The notes beneath the pieces were generated by a model that searched no databases, was not told the origin of the DNA, and worked only from the letters and a program-made list of their open reading frames with translations. A program made the translations under genes and the position numbers. From positions 1 through 59,217 of the IMG/VR virus record IMGVR_UViG_3300044962_000015: a stretch of 59,217 bases of DNA; one strand, 5' to 3'. Below, in pieces: positions 16,382 through 26,300 of this stretch (position 1 is the stretch's first letter; each line of letters begins with the position of its first letter). Source of the DNA: a virus (lineage: Duplodnaviria; Caudoviricetes).

Positions 16382-16680
16382 AGCTGACAGTCGTATTCGA
16401 TGTCCCCGACGACCACGCCGCCACGTACGTCGACGTCGCGGAGGAACTGGTCAAGCACCACGCGTTCGCCCAGCGGCAGGCGATCGAGCACTGGTCGTTC
16501 GACGTGGAGATGCGCCCCGTCGCCGCGTTCCTGTCCGACCGGGCTCTGGCCGAGGCCGCCCAGGCCGCGCGCCGCGAAGTCGACCAGGAGCACCCGTGGA
16601 TCCCGGGAGCGGTCTTCGGTATCGACGAACGACTCAAGTCCGCCCTGCTCGTGTTCCTCGACGCACTGATCCCTGACTGA
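16378..16680 (+). CDS. Hypothetical protein
   Basis: ATGA coupling. Confidence 0.6.
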   Translation: MKLTVVFDVPDDHAATYVDVAEELVKHHAFAQRQAIEHWSFDVEMRPVAAFLSDRALAEAAQAARREVDQEHPWIPGAVFGIDERLKSALLVFLDALIPD

Positions 16681-16730
16681 CCGCCAGGCGCATACACGCC
16701 GAGCCGGGCTGACCACCTACGATGGTGGCC

Positions 16731-17030
16731 ATGCCCGGCTCCTCTGTCGTTTACCTCATCTACCTGCTCGCGTTCGCCCGCCTCATCGTGCTGATCACGA
16801 TGGACATGATCACCGCCCGCCCCCGCGAAGCCGTCGTGGAAGCGCTCAAGGAGCGCAAGCACAACATGCTCGCCTACCTGCTGCTCTGCCCCTGGTGCGT
16901 CTCCATCTGGCTGGCCATCCCCGCAGCCGCGATCATCTACGCTTACGGCGACTCGCCGTGGCTGTTCGTGCCCGCCCTCGGGCTGGCCCTGTCTGGCGCG
17001 GCCGGTGCGCTGGCTCGCGTGAAGGGGTGA
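16731..17030 (+). CDS. DUF1360-like membrane protein
   Basis: LA-x-ARL-xx-LIT-x-D-x-IT-xx-PR...LLxCPWCxSIW; TACGAT -10 box 7 nt upstream. Confidence 0.7.
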   Translation: MPGSSVVYLIYLLAFARLIVLITMDMITARPREAVVEALKERKHNMLAYLLLCPWCVSIWLAIPAAAIIYAYGDSPWLFVPALGLALSGAAGALARVKG

Positions 17031-17035
17031 TGTAG

Positions 17036-19030
17036 GTGGCGTTCGGCAGGAAGAAGGTCGTACCCGCCGGAACGCTCGGCCCCACCGGAAACCCGGCCCT
17101 CGACCAGCGAGCCGCCGAACGCCGCGCCTCCCTGATCGGCGCCGCCGTACCCATCAACCTCGGCGACGCCGCCAGCTGGCAGATGTTCAAGCTCGGCGAC
17201 CACCGCTGGCAGTGGGAGGCGTGGCGCCACTACGACATCTGCGGCGAGATGCGCTTCGTCGTCAACTGGATCGGCAACGCCGTCTCCCGCTGCCGCATGT
17301 ACGCGGCCCAGGTCACCGACGACGGGGTGGTCGGCGACGAGGTCACCGACCCCAAGGCGAAGCTGATCGCCGAGACGATGTTCGGCTCCCCCGCCGCGAA
17401 AGCGCAGGCCCAGCGCCTGATGGGCATCAATATGATGGTCGCCGGGGACGTCTTCATCGTCGCCGAGGGCTACCAGAAGGCCCAGAACGGCGAGCCCAGC
17501 AGCGACAAGTGGTACGTGTGCTCCTCGTCCGAGGTGTACCGGCGCGGCGACGACATCATGGTGCGCCGCTCCATCACCCACGGCGGCGGGCAGTACAAGC
17601 TGAACCCGCAGACGGACCTGCTGATCCGGGCCTGGAATCCGCACCCGCGCCGCTACGACGCCGCCGACTCCACCGTGCGGGCCATCCTGCCGGTGCTGCG
17701 CGAGATGGAGCAGTGCACCAAGCGGGTGTTCGCCGAGCTGGACTCGCGTCTGGCCGGTGCCGGGATTCTGCTGCTGCCCGACAACATCGACTTCCCGAAG
17801 ACGCCGGGGGAGAACCCGGGGGTTCCGCAGCGTACGGGTGTGGAGGGCTTCGCGGACCTGCTCCAGCGGACCATGGCCACGTCGATGCAGCAGCGCGACA
17901 ACGCCGCCGCCGTGGTGCCGATCATCCTCCAGGTCGCCGTGGAGGCCCTGGACAAGATCAAACACTTGACGTTCGACTCGACCATCTCCGAGCACATCTC
18001 GAAGATGCGCACTGACGCCGTGACCCGCCTCGGCATGGGCCTGGATATCCCGCCCGAAGTGCTGTCCGGCATGGGCAAGTCGAACCACTGGTCCAGCTGG
18101 CAGATCGAAGAATCCTCGATCAAGGTCCACATCGAGCCGCTGCTGATCCAGCTAGCCGACGCCCTGAACATCGGCTACTTCCAGCCCGCCCTCAAGGCCG
18201 CAGGCGTCGCCAACCCGGAGAAGATGACCCTCTGGTTCGACATCGCCGCCCTCACCGTGCGGCCGAACCGCTCCGACCAGGCCCTCCAGTTCGCCGAGAA
18301 GGAACTGATCTCCAGCAAGGCGGCCCGCGCCAACGCCTCGTTCACCGAGGACGACGCGCCCGACGCCAAGGAGCTGGAATACAACCTGGTCAAGGCCCTG
18401 GTGCTGGCGCAGCCCGCCTATGCGGGTGACCCCGCCGTGCAGAAGATCCTCGGCCTGCCGCCGATCTCGATGCCCGCGCCGCCCACACCGCCGCAGCTGC
18501 CCGGTGCGGGTGACCTGATGCCCGGTGACCCCGGCTACGACACGGCCGGGACGACCCCGGCCGACGCCGGGCAGCGCGGCCTGCCGCAGTTCCCGTCCGT
18601 CGCCGATGCCGTGGCGGGCAACGTGCTGCCGAAGAAGCAGAAGCTGGGCCAGCTCGCCGCGTCGGGGATCGTGGCCAGCGTGCGCCAGATGAACGAGGAC
18701 TCGCTGTTCTGGATCGCCGATGCCGCCGTGCACCGCGCCCTGGAGCTGGCCGGTGGGCGTCTGGTGCCCGGACCGCAGCGCGCCCGCTATCCGGTGCCGA
18801 AGCATGAGCTGCACACCCGGGTCGTCCCGGATCAGGCCCGCGTGCCCGCCCTGCTGGCCGGTGCGTGGACGCACGTGCGCGGGCAGGCCCTGGCACTGGG
18901 TGTGGACGCTGATTCGCTGGAGGAGCTGCTGGGCGGCTACTGCACGGAGCTGATGACCCGGGGCGTGGCGCACGACCCGGAGTTGCTGCGCTCGACGCTG
19001 CTGGCCACCCGTGGGGAGCTGGTGCCGTGA
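17036..19030 (+). CDS. Portal protein
   Basis: 664 aa; WQxEAWxxYDxxGEMRF, WNPHPR, SRLAGAGILLLP, RLGMGLDIPPEVLSG, NHWSSW; lies between TerL and MuF. Confidence 0.88.
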   Translation: MAFGRKKVVPAGTLGPTGNPALDQRAAERRASLIGAAVPINLGDAASWQMFKLGDHRWQWEAWRHYDICGEMRFVVNWIGNAVSRCRMYAAQVTDDGVVGDEVTDPKAKLIAETMFGSPAAKAQAQRLMGINMMVAGDVFIVAEGYQKAQNGEPSSDKWYVCSSSEVYRRGDDIMVRRSITHGGGQYKLNPQTDLLIRAWNPHPRRYDAADSTVRAILPVLREMEQCTKRVFAELDSRLAGAGILLLPDNIDFPKTPGENPGVPQRTGVEGFADLLQRTMATSMQQRDNAAAVVPIILQVAVEALDKIKHLTFDSTISEHISKMRTDAVTRLGMGLDIPPEVLSGMGKSNHWSSWQIEESSIKVHIEPLLIQLADALNIGYFQPALKAAGVANPEKMTLWFDIAALTVRPNRSDQALQFAEKELISSKAARANASFTEDDAPDAKELEYNLVKALVLAQPAYAGDPAVQKILGLPPISMPAPPTPPQLPGAGDLMPGDPGYDTAGTTPADAGQRGLPQFPSVADAVAGNVLPKKQKLGQLAASGIVASVRQMNEDSLFWIADAAVHRALELAGGRLVPGPQRARYPVPKHELHTRVVPDQARVPALLAGAWTHVRGQALALGVDADSLEELLGGYCTELMTRGVAHDPELLRSTLLATRGELVP

Positions 19031-19275
19031 TCGACGTGCCGTACGTCCCTGGTCCTGGTGTACGCAGCGTGACGGGAAACGGGCAAAAGGTTGTTACTCG
19101 CCAGTACGAGTGCCCGAATCCCGGGCCTGGCACCCACCGCCGGTCACGGCCCGTAACAATCACCCCTCCGACGGACTGGAACACGCACGGGATCCTCGCC
19201 GTCATCGCCGTCCTGGCCCTCGCCCTCATCGCCGACGGAGCCACCCTGATGCTCATCGCGTGGTGGCGGCAGTGA
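19027..19275 (+). CDS. Small membrane protein
   Basis: GTGA coupling, C-terminal TM helix. Confidence 0.5.
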   Translation: MIDVPYVPGPGVRSVTGNGQKVVTRQYECPNPGPGTHRRSRPVTITPPTDWNTHGILAVIAVLALALIADGATLMLIAWWRQ

Positions 19276-19490
19276 ACTGGACCCGCGAAGACTTCGAGCA
19301 GGACAAGACCCGCTATCAGCAGGATCTGGACGCCCTGCTGGCCCTCGGGCTGACCGACGGCCACCCGCTGGTCGAGCGCCAGCGCAGGCGCTTGGAGACC
19401 GTCAACCGGGTGCTCACCGACCCGGCGTACGGGCTCGCCCTGGGAATCGACAAGGAGGCCCCCGATGGCCCAGCCGACAACCCTGCCTGA
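19272..19490 (+). CDS. Hypothetical protein
   Basis: GTGA coupling; MNWTREDFEQDKTRY... Confidence 0.6.
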   Translation: MNWTREDFEQDKTRYQQDLDALLALGLTDGHPLVERQRRRLETVNRVLTDPAYGLALGIDKEAPDGPADNPA

Positions 19491-21072
19491 CGCCGCCGCG
19501 CAGAAGCAGGCCGCCGCCGAGGTGTTCGCCCAGTACGAGCCGCCCCTGTATGAGGCGTACCTGGAGATGATGCTGGAGTGGATGGCCGCCGTGAAGGTCG
19601 CCATGTTCGCCGGTGGCGTCGCCACCCTCGGCCTCGTCCCCGACCCGCTGACCGTCTTCTCCCAGACGCCGAAGTGGACGGCGCTGACCGCGAAGTACAC
19701 CGCCCAGGTGGCGGCCGAGGTGCTGGCCGCGCCGTACAAGGATCTGTTCGCCGACGCCACGCTGTTCGAGTCGCGGCCGTTCGTGCGGAACTGGATCGCG
19801 CAGCGGGAGAACCGGCTGAACGCGGTGCCTGACCAGGTGTACGGGCTGGTCTCCCAGATCATTGACTCGGCAACAGTTAACGGCGCAAGCATCCCCGACG
19901 TGACCGCCCAGGTCGAACAGATGTTCTCCGACACCAGCATCCCCACCTGGAAGGGCCGAGCCCGCACCGTTGCACGAACCGAGGTCGTCGGCGCTTACAA
20001 CGGTGGGCTGAACGACGCCTTCGCCATGATCGTCGCCAACGACCCGGGCACCGAATGGGTGAAGCGCTGGCTCGCCACCGAAGACGCCCGCACCCGGCCC
20101 GACCACGTCGAAGCCGACGGGCAGACCGTCCCGTTCGGGCAGCCGTTCATCGTCGGCGGCTTCCAGCTGATGCACCCGCACGACCCGACCGCCCCCGCCA
20201 AGGAGGTCGTCAACTGCCGGTGCGTCGAACTGCTGGAGATCAAAAACGAGCCCACCGAGATGGGCAACCGCCAGTACCTCGGCGCCTCCATGACCCTCGC
20301 CCAGGCCGCCGGACCGGGCCGCTGCATGTACTGCGGCAAGACCGCCACCCACCGGGTCATGTGGGCCGACGGCCGCGCCGTCATCCCCGTGGACGCCCGG
20401 CACCTGCCCAACGCCCGCGCCAGCGTCCGCAAGAACAACGACGAGATCACGAAGGTGGACCGGTGGACCGGTACGGCGTGGCGTAAGGACGGTGGCCAGG
20501 CGCTGACCGCCTCGACCACCCTCATGCAAGAGGTGTGCACCGACGGCCAGTTTTGCATGCAGACCCACAAGCCCGGCCTGTGCAAGGGTCAGAAGCGCGG
20601 CCAGACCGAACCCGGCCAGACCGACGCCACCAAGGCCAACCCCGTCCAGGTGGCGCAGACCGCCGTCACCGGCCTCAATCAGGCCATCGCCCAGGCCGCC
20701 CAGGTCGCCGCGCAGGGTGCCACCAACCCGAAGCTCGCCGCGATGGCCCGCAAGGCCATCGCCGGATACCGCAAGGCGCTACGCCCGCACCAGCAGACCC
20801 TCAAGCAGGCCGCCGGGGTCAACGCCAAGGCCAAGTCGACCGCCGTGTCGGACACCAAGCAGCAGGACGCCCTCGACAAGCGGGCCAAGCGGCAGAAGGA
20901 CTCCCTCGGCAAGCGCGCCGATGCCATCCTCGCCCGCCGCCGCGAGCAGGCCAAGATCGCGAAGATGTCGAAGAAGGACGCCGCCGCGTACCGCAAGCAG
21001 AAGGCCGCCAAGGCCACCGCGCAGCGCACCGCCCAGCAGAACCAGACCCTGAAGAAGGCGGGCAGGGCATAA
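19465..21072 (+). CDS. MuF-like minor head protein with C-terminal extension
   Basis: RARTVARTEV, KRWLATEDARTRPDH...DGQ...PF-x-VGG...P-x-DP...EVVNCRC. Confidence 0.9.
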   Translation: MAQPTTLPDAAAQKQAAAEVFAQYEPPLYEAYLEMMLEWMAAVKVAMFAGGVATLGLVPDPLTVFSQTPKWTALTAKYTAQVAAEVLAAPYKDLFADATLFESRPFVRNWIAQRENRLNAVPDQVYGLVSQIIDSATVNGASIPDVTAQVEQMFSDTSIPTWKGRARTVARTEVVGAYNGGLNDAFAMIVANDPGTEWVKRWLATEDARTRPDHVEADGQTVPFGQPFIVGGFQLMHPHDPTAPAKEVVNCRCVELLEIKNEPTEMGNRQYLGASMTLAQAAGPGRCMYCGKTATHRVMWADGRAVIPVDARHLPNARASVRKNNDEITKVDRWTGTAWRKDGGQALTASTTLMQEVCTDGQFCMQTHKPGLCKGQKRGQTEPGQTDATKANPVQVAQTAVTGLNQAIAQAAQVAAQGATNPKLAAMARKAIAGYRKALRPHQQTLKQAAGVNAKAKSTAVSDTKQQDALDKRAKRQKDSLGKRADAILARRREQAKIAKMSKKDAAAYRKQKAAKATAQRTAQQNQTLKKAGRA

Positions 21073-21104
21073 GGCACGTAGGCGACCGGCCTACACTGCT
21101 CCGC

Positions 21105-21797
21105 ATGAACCCTGATCCCGAGATGCTGGTGATCGTCCCCACCCGTGGCCGCCCGGCCGCCGCAGCAGAACTCGCAGCGACGCTCCACGAAACCTGCACG
21201 GCGAACACGCTCCTCGCGTTCGCCGTCGACGACGACGACCCGCGAATCGGCGAATACTACGAGGTGGTCAAGCCCGAACCGGCGGCAGCGGTGTGGATCA
21301 ACGTCGGCGTCAAGACGATGGTCGGCGCACTCAACGCGGCAGCCCGGTGGGTCAGCGCCGACACGTTCGCCATCGCCTTCATGGGCGACGACCACCGGCC
21401 GCGCACCATCGGCTGGGACCGCGCCTACCTGGACGCCCTACACGGGCTGGGTACCGGCATCGTCTACGGAGACGACCTGCTCCAGCGCGAGCGCATCCCC
21501 ACCCAGGTCGCGATGACCGCCGACATCGTGCGCGCGCTCGGCCACATGGCCCCGCCGGTACTCACCCACCTGTTCGTCGACAACTACTGGCGCGACCTCG
21601 GCCAGCTCGCCGGGTGCCTGCGCTACCTGCCGGACGTGGTGGTCGAGCACCTGCACCCGTTCGCGGGCAAGGCGCCCATGGACGAGGGCTACGCCCGGGT
21701 CAACGCCCCCACGATGTACGGGCACGACCAGACCGCGTACCTCGACTATTCCCCCCACCTGGCGACCGACGCGGCGAAGGTGAAGGCCCTGCGATGA
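21105..21797 (+). CDS. Glycosyltransferase (GT-A fold, family 2-like)
   Basis: VIVPTRGRP, FAVDDDDP, FMGDDH, VYGDDL, HLFVDN, VEHLHP. Confidence 0.85.
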   Translation: MNPDPEMLVIVPTRGRPAAAAELAATLHETCTANTLLAFAVDDDDPRIGEYYEVVKPEPAAAVWINVGVKTMVGALNAAARWVSADTFAIAFMGDDHRPRTIGWDRAYLDALHGLGTGIVYGDDLLQRERIPTQVAMTADIVRALGHMAPPVLTHLFVDNYWRDLGQLAGCLRYLPDVVVEHLHPFAGKAPMDEGYARVNAPTMYGHDQTAYLDYSPHLATDAAKVKALR

Positions 21798-22354
21798 TGC
21801 GAACCCGCCTGCGCCCCATGCCCACCGCCGACCAGCTCGCGAAGCTGTACGCGAAGCCGCACGACCACCGGCTGTGGCACGACCACCTGTTCCGGGTCGA
21901 CGTCACCTCGGCGATGGCAGGGCTGATACTGCCCCCGAAGGGCCGGGTCGCGGACCTGTCCTGCGGCAACGCCGAGATCGCCCGCCGCCTGGAGTACTCC
22001 CACGGCGCGCACCTCCAGCTCGGCGACTACGCCCCCGGCTACGCGTACACCGGCCCCATCGAGCAGACCATCAAGAAGATCGCCCCGGTGGACCTGTTCA
22101 TCCTCTCCGAGACCCTGGAGCACGTCGACGATCCCGACGCGGTGCTCCGCGCCATCCGGCCGAAGGCTGGCCGCCTGCTCCTGTCCACCCCCGACGGCGA
22201 AACCGACGACCAGAACCCCGAACACGTGTGGGGCTGGGACGCCGAAGCCGTCGGAGGGATGCTCCGCGCCGCCGGGTTCAACCCGGACATCCACACCACC
22301 GTCGACACCCGCCCGATCGGCGGCTACTCGTACCAGATCTGGGCATGCCGGTGA
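21794..22354 (+). CDS. Class I SAM-dependent methyltransferase
   Basis: VADLSCGNA, DLFILSETLEHVDDP, LLLSTP. Confidence 0.85.
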   Translation: MMRTRLRPMPTADQLAKLYAKPHDHRLWHDHLFRVDVTSAMAGLILPPKGRVADLSCGNAEIARRLEYSHGAHLQLGDYAPGYAYTGPIEQTIKKIAPVDLFILSETLEHVDDPDAVLRAIRPKAGRLLLSTPDGETDDQNPEHVWGWDAEAVGGMLRAAGFNPDIHTTVDTRPIGGYSYQIWACR

Positions 22355-23235
22355 GGGCCCTGGTGACGGGGTGTGCCGGTTTCGTCGGCCGTCACATGAT
22401 CGACGCCCTGGACCGGCAGGGCTGGTCCACCGCCGGTATCGACATCGCCGACGGGCACGACGCCCTCGACTACTTCCGGTGCGGCACCGCGCGCTGGGAT
22501 CTGGTGGTGCATGCCGCCGCCTCGGCACCGCACCGGGCCGCCATTGACGGCGAGCCGCAGCACTTCGCCCGCAACCTGATGCTGGACGCCGCCATGTTCG
22601 ACTGGGCGGTCCGCACCGGGCAGGGCCGGGTGCTGTACCTGTCGTCGAGCGCCGCCTACCCGATCCATCGCCAGGCCAAGGCGTCGATGGGGTCGCTGGC
22701 CGAGAACCTGATCAAGCTCGACGGGGCCATGGAACCCGACTCGGTGTACGGCTGGACGAAGCTGACCGGGGAACGCCTGGCCGCCGAGGCCCGCAAGGCC
22801 GGGCTGCCCGTCACCGTGGTCCGGCCGTTCTCCGGCTACGGCGAAGACCAGTCGGAGAACTTCCCGTTCCGGGCGCTGATCGAACGGGCCCGGCGCCGGG
22901 AGAACCCGTTCGTGATCTGGGGCGACGGCAACCAGGTGCGCGACTGGATGCACATCGACGACGTGGTAGCCGGGGCGCTGGCCGTGGTGCAGGCGCAGAC
23001 CGTGCTGGAGGCCGACCCCGCCGAGCCGGTGAACCTGTGCACCGGCGTCGGGTGGTCGATGGCTGAGCTGGCGCATATCGCCTGCGATCAGGTCGGCTAC
23101 AAGCCGTGCTTCGAGTACTTGGCTGACAAGCCCGCCGGGGTCGCGTACCGGGTCGGGGATCCGACACGGCTGAAGCGGTACTACGAGCCGAAGATCGACC
23201 TGGTCGAGGGGGTCGCGCGGGCGCTGCGGGGCTGA
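22351..23235 (+). CDS. NAD-dependent nucleotide-sugar epimerase/dehydratase (extended SDR)
   Basis: LVTGCAGFVG, SSSAAY, YGWTK, RPFSGYG, GDGNQVRDWMHIDD. Confidence 0.92.
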   Translation: MRALVTGCAGFVGRHMIDALDRQGWSTAGIDIADGHDALDYFRCGTARWDLVVHAAASAPHRAAIDGEPQHFARNLMLDAAMFDWAVRTGQGRVLYLSSSAAYPIHRQAKASMGSLAENLIKLDGAMEPDSVYGWTKLTGERLAAEARKAGLPVTVVRPFSGYGEDQSENFPFRALIERARRRENPFVIWGDGNQVRDWMHIDDVVAGALAVVQAQTVLEADPAEPVNLCTGVGWSMAELAHIACDQVGYKPCFEYLADKPAGVAYRVGDPTRLKRYYEPKIDLVEGVARALRG

Positions 23236-23240
23236 CTGTT

Positions 23241-23308
23241 CCGAACGATCCGGAACGATCTGGAACAGTCCGGAACAGCGCTGAAGATCAAAAACGATCC
23301 GCTATGCT
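23241..23308 (+). promoter_or_regulatory. 10-bp-period repeat array plus -10 box upstream of the ART gene
   Basis: CCGAACGATC/CGGAACGATC/TGGAACAGTC/CGGAACAGCG, then GATCAAAAACGAT and TATGCT 6 nt before ATG 23315. Confidence 0.6.
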
Positions 23309-23314
23309 CGCGGC

Positions 23315-26300
23315 ATGACGACGCTCGGGGGCTCGGCCAAGACCGTCACGGTGGCTTTCGAGAACGTGGATCCGAAGGTCTACGCGCTCATGACTGGCCA
23401 GCCCGCCAAGTCCGACGCCGAGGTCGTCGCCGAGGTCTACTCCCTCTCGGCCGCCGCAGGTCTCCAGCTCGGTACGGCAGCGATTCAGGCCGCCCTCTAC
23501 CAGGACGACGACGCGCACGAAGACTGCTCGCTGACCGCCTGCCTCAACCCGCTGCACCCCGGCCCCTGCAAGGGCTGGAAGGGCACCCTGCACAGCGTCT
23601 CCCCCGGCGCCTGGCACGCCCTCGAAGCCGCCCGGGTCGAGAAGGCCAACCACGCCCGGGTCAAGAAGATCGAGGCGCTGAAGGCCCAGGGCAAGCCGAT
23701 CCCGCACAAGCTCCTCGCCCCGATCGTGGCGAAGCCGCACCCGCAGGCCGGGCAGACCGCGAAGAACGCCACCGGCGAGGCGCACGCCGCCGGGAAGGCC
23801 GTCAGCGACGCCGCCGGGATCGTCAACAACCACCCGGGCAAGGTGTCGCTCGGCCAGGCCGTGAAGCAGGTCCCGGCCGCCAAGGGCCCGAAGGGGAAGA
23901 AGCCGACCCTCGCGAGCCACGGCATCGCGTTCGTCATCGGGCAGGAGAAGGTCACCCCGCAGTACAAGCTCGACAAGGCTGCCGCGATCACGCCCGAGCA
24001 GTGGGCGGGCCTGTCGGCCGCCGACAAGGCGTCGATCCGGGGCGAGCTGGCCAAGATCAGCATCAACGGGTTCGGTGTGCAGGAGGAGAAGGCCAACAAG
24101 CTGCTGGCCAAGCTCGCCGACAAGCCCGCCGACCTGAAGCCCGGTACGCCCGGCACCGTCACCACGCCGAGCGGCAAGGTTCACCAGAAGGTCAGCCTCA
24201 AGGAGATGGAGCAGGCCGCCAAGTCGACCGCGCCGCCCCCCACCGAGAAGCTGAAGGGTTTCGACTCCCTGCCGCAGGCGGAGAAGGACAAAGTCGTCGC
24301 GCAGGCGCCGAAGGCCGAGCTGCCGCTCAAGCTGTCCGAGGTGGCCACGCCGAAGACGGCCGTCACGACCGGCGGCAAAGCGGAGGCCCCGACCGTCACC
24401 AGCCTCACGCCGACCAACGTGGCCAAGATAATTCAGAAGTACGGCTCCGCCGACCTGATGATCGGCGGCAAGAAGGTCACCGTCGGCTTCGAGGGCAGCG
24501 GCCACCCGGGCAAGCTCGTCATGGCCCCCGGCGGCCACTGCGTGGTCACCACCCCCGACGGCACCAAGCACAACATCGCCAAGGGCCAGCACCTCGACTT
24601 TGTCTGGAAGAAGCCTGACGAGCCCAAGGCCTCCCCGCCCGAAGCCCCGAAGCCGCAGGTCGTTCCCGCCGCCGAGAAGCCGAAGCCGCTTGCCAAGCAC
24701 GTCGAGCACGCCGTTGCGATGGCGCAGGGCACGGCCCCCGGCGCCTCGTGGTCGAAGAACCATTTGGTCGCCTACGAGAAGCTGAGCGCCGAGGAGTTCA
24801 AGACCCTCTCGCCGGACGTGCAGGGCAAGATCGTCTCCGAGCTGACCAAGGCCCAGACGAAGTTCCTCGACCCGAAGAAGATCGCCGCCTCCAAGGCGCT
24901 GGTGGCGAAGTTCCAGGGCGAAGCCCCCGCCGCGCCCAAGGCCGAAGTGAAGGCCGTCAACTTCTCCACGCACCTGCACGACCACTCCGTCACCGACGCG
25001 CAGGCGAAGAAGGCCGCCGACGAAACCGGCCCGGCCGGTCACTTCCTCGCCGCGAAGCAGCTGGGGGTGCTCACCGACGCGGACAATCCCGACCTGGGCT
25101 TCCACGCGCTGAACGCAGCAGATGACTCGGCCGCCCTCGTCGCCATGAAGACGAAGTTGTACGACTCGTCCATCCTGGGGCAGCCCGGCGTCAAGGCCGC
25201 CATTGACGAGCTGCGCACGGCAGCCGCCAAGCAGTCGTACGCGCAGTCGGTGCAGGCGGCGAAGACGAAGGCGTTCAACAAGATCAATCAGAAGATCCAG
25301 GTGGACGGCGGCACGCTGAGCCCCATCGAGAAGGCTTCCCTGCTGCACTACGGGAAGTACCTGCTCAACCACAAGACGCCGCCGACCGATCAGGCGCACC
25401 TCGACGATCTCAAGGCGGACACCAAGCAGGCCGAGAATGTGCTGACCGACAAGCTTCAGGGCGCCTTCAAGAAGGCCAACGCCCCGGCGGTCGCCGACAT
25501 GTCCCCGGCCCAGATCGCCGACCGCACGAAGGTGCTGCTCGGGGATCTCGCCGTCAACCCGCACGTCAACCTGTCCCTCAGCGAGATGCAGTACGCGCAG
25601 AAGATGGGCGAGGCCAAGGTCGGCAGCGAGGCCGCGAAGTACCCGAAGGAAGTCCTGTCCGACCCGATGGTGGCCGCGAAGATGGCCACCTACACCTCCG
25701 TCGTCACGCAGATCAACGCCTCGAACGCCGAGCTGCACAACCTCGACGATCACATCCAGCAGATGCACACCCACGCCATCCTGGACGGCATCGACCAGCA
25801 TGGCAATCCGCTGTCCGTCGACGACAAGAAGGTCATCGCCGCGCACGCCGGGATGCTGAAGGCCAGCCACTCGTACCTGGGCACGACGCTGGACCACCAG
25901 CAGGAGAAGCTGCCCGAGGCGAAGGCCGCGTTCGAGGCCGCCGCCGAGAAGGCGCAGGCGAATCTGAAGCCCGCCGAGCCGCTGAAGCTGTCCGCCTTCG
26001 ACCAGACCACGGTTGCCGACGCGTACATGAGCGCCTGGTCGAAGCACGCCAGCAAGGCCGTCACCTACGGGCTCAAGTCGTACGCCGACCAGCAGAAGAT
26101 GAAGACGCACGCCCAGTACCCGTCGCTGACGATGGACCTCGGCGAGCTGAAGGTGCTGGCGGGCAAGGTCGCGCTCGCGCACGCCGAGGAGCACACGGCG
26201 CACCTGAACTTGCAGGCCCTCGACCCGGAGTCGGGCGTCAAGGTGACCGGCAGCCCGGAATGGTCCGCCTGGCAGGCGAAGGTCGCGGACCGGCTCACCG

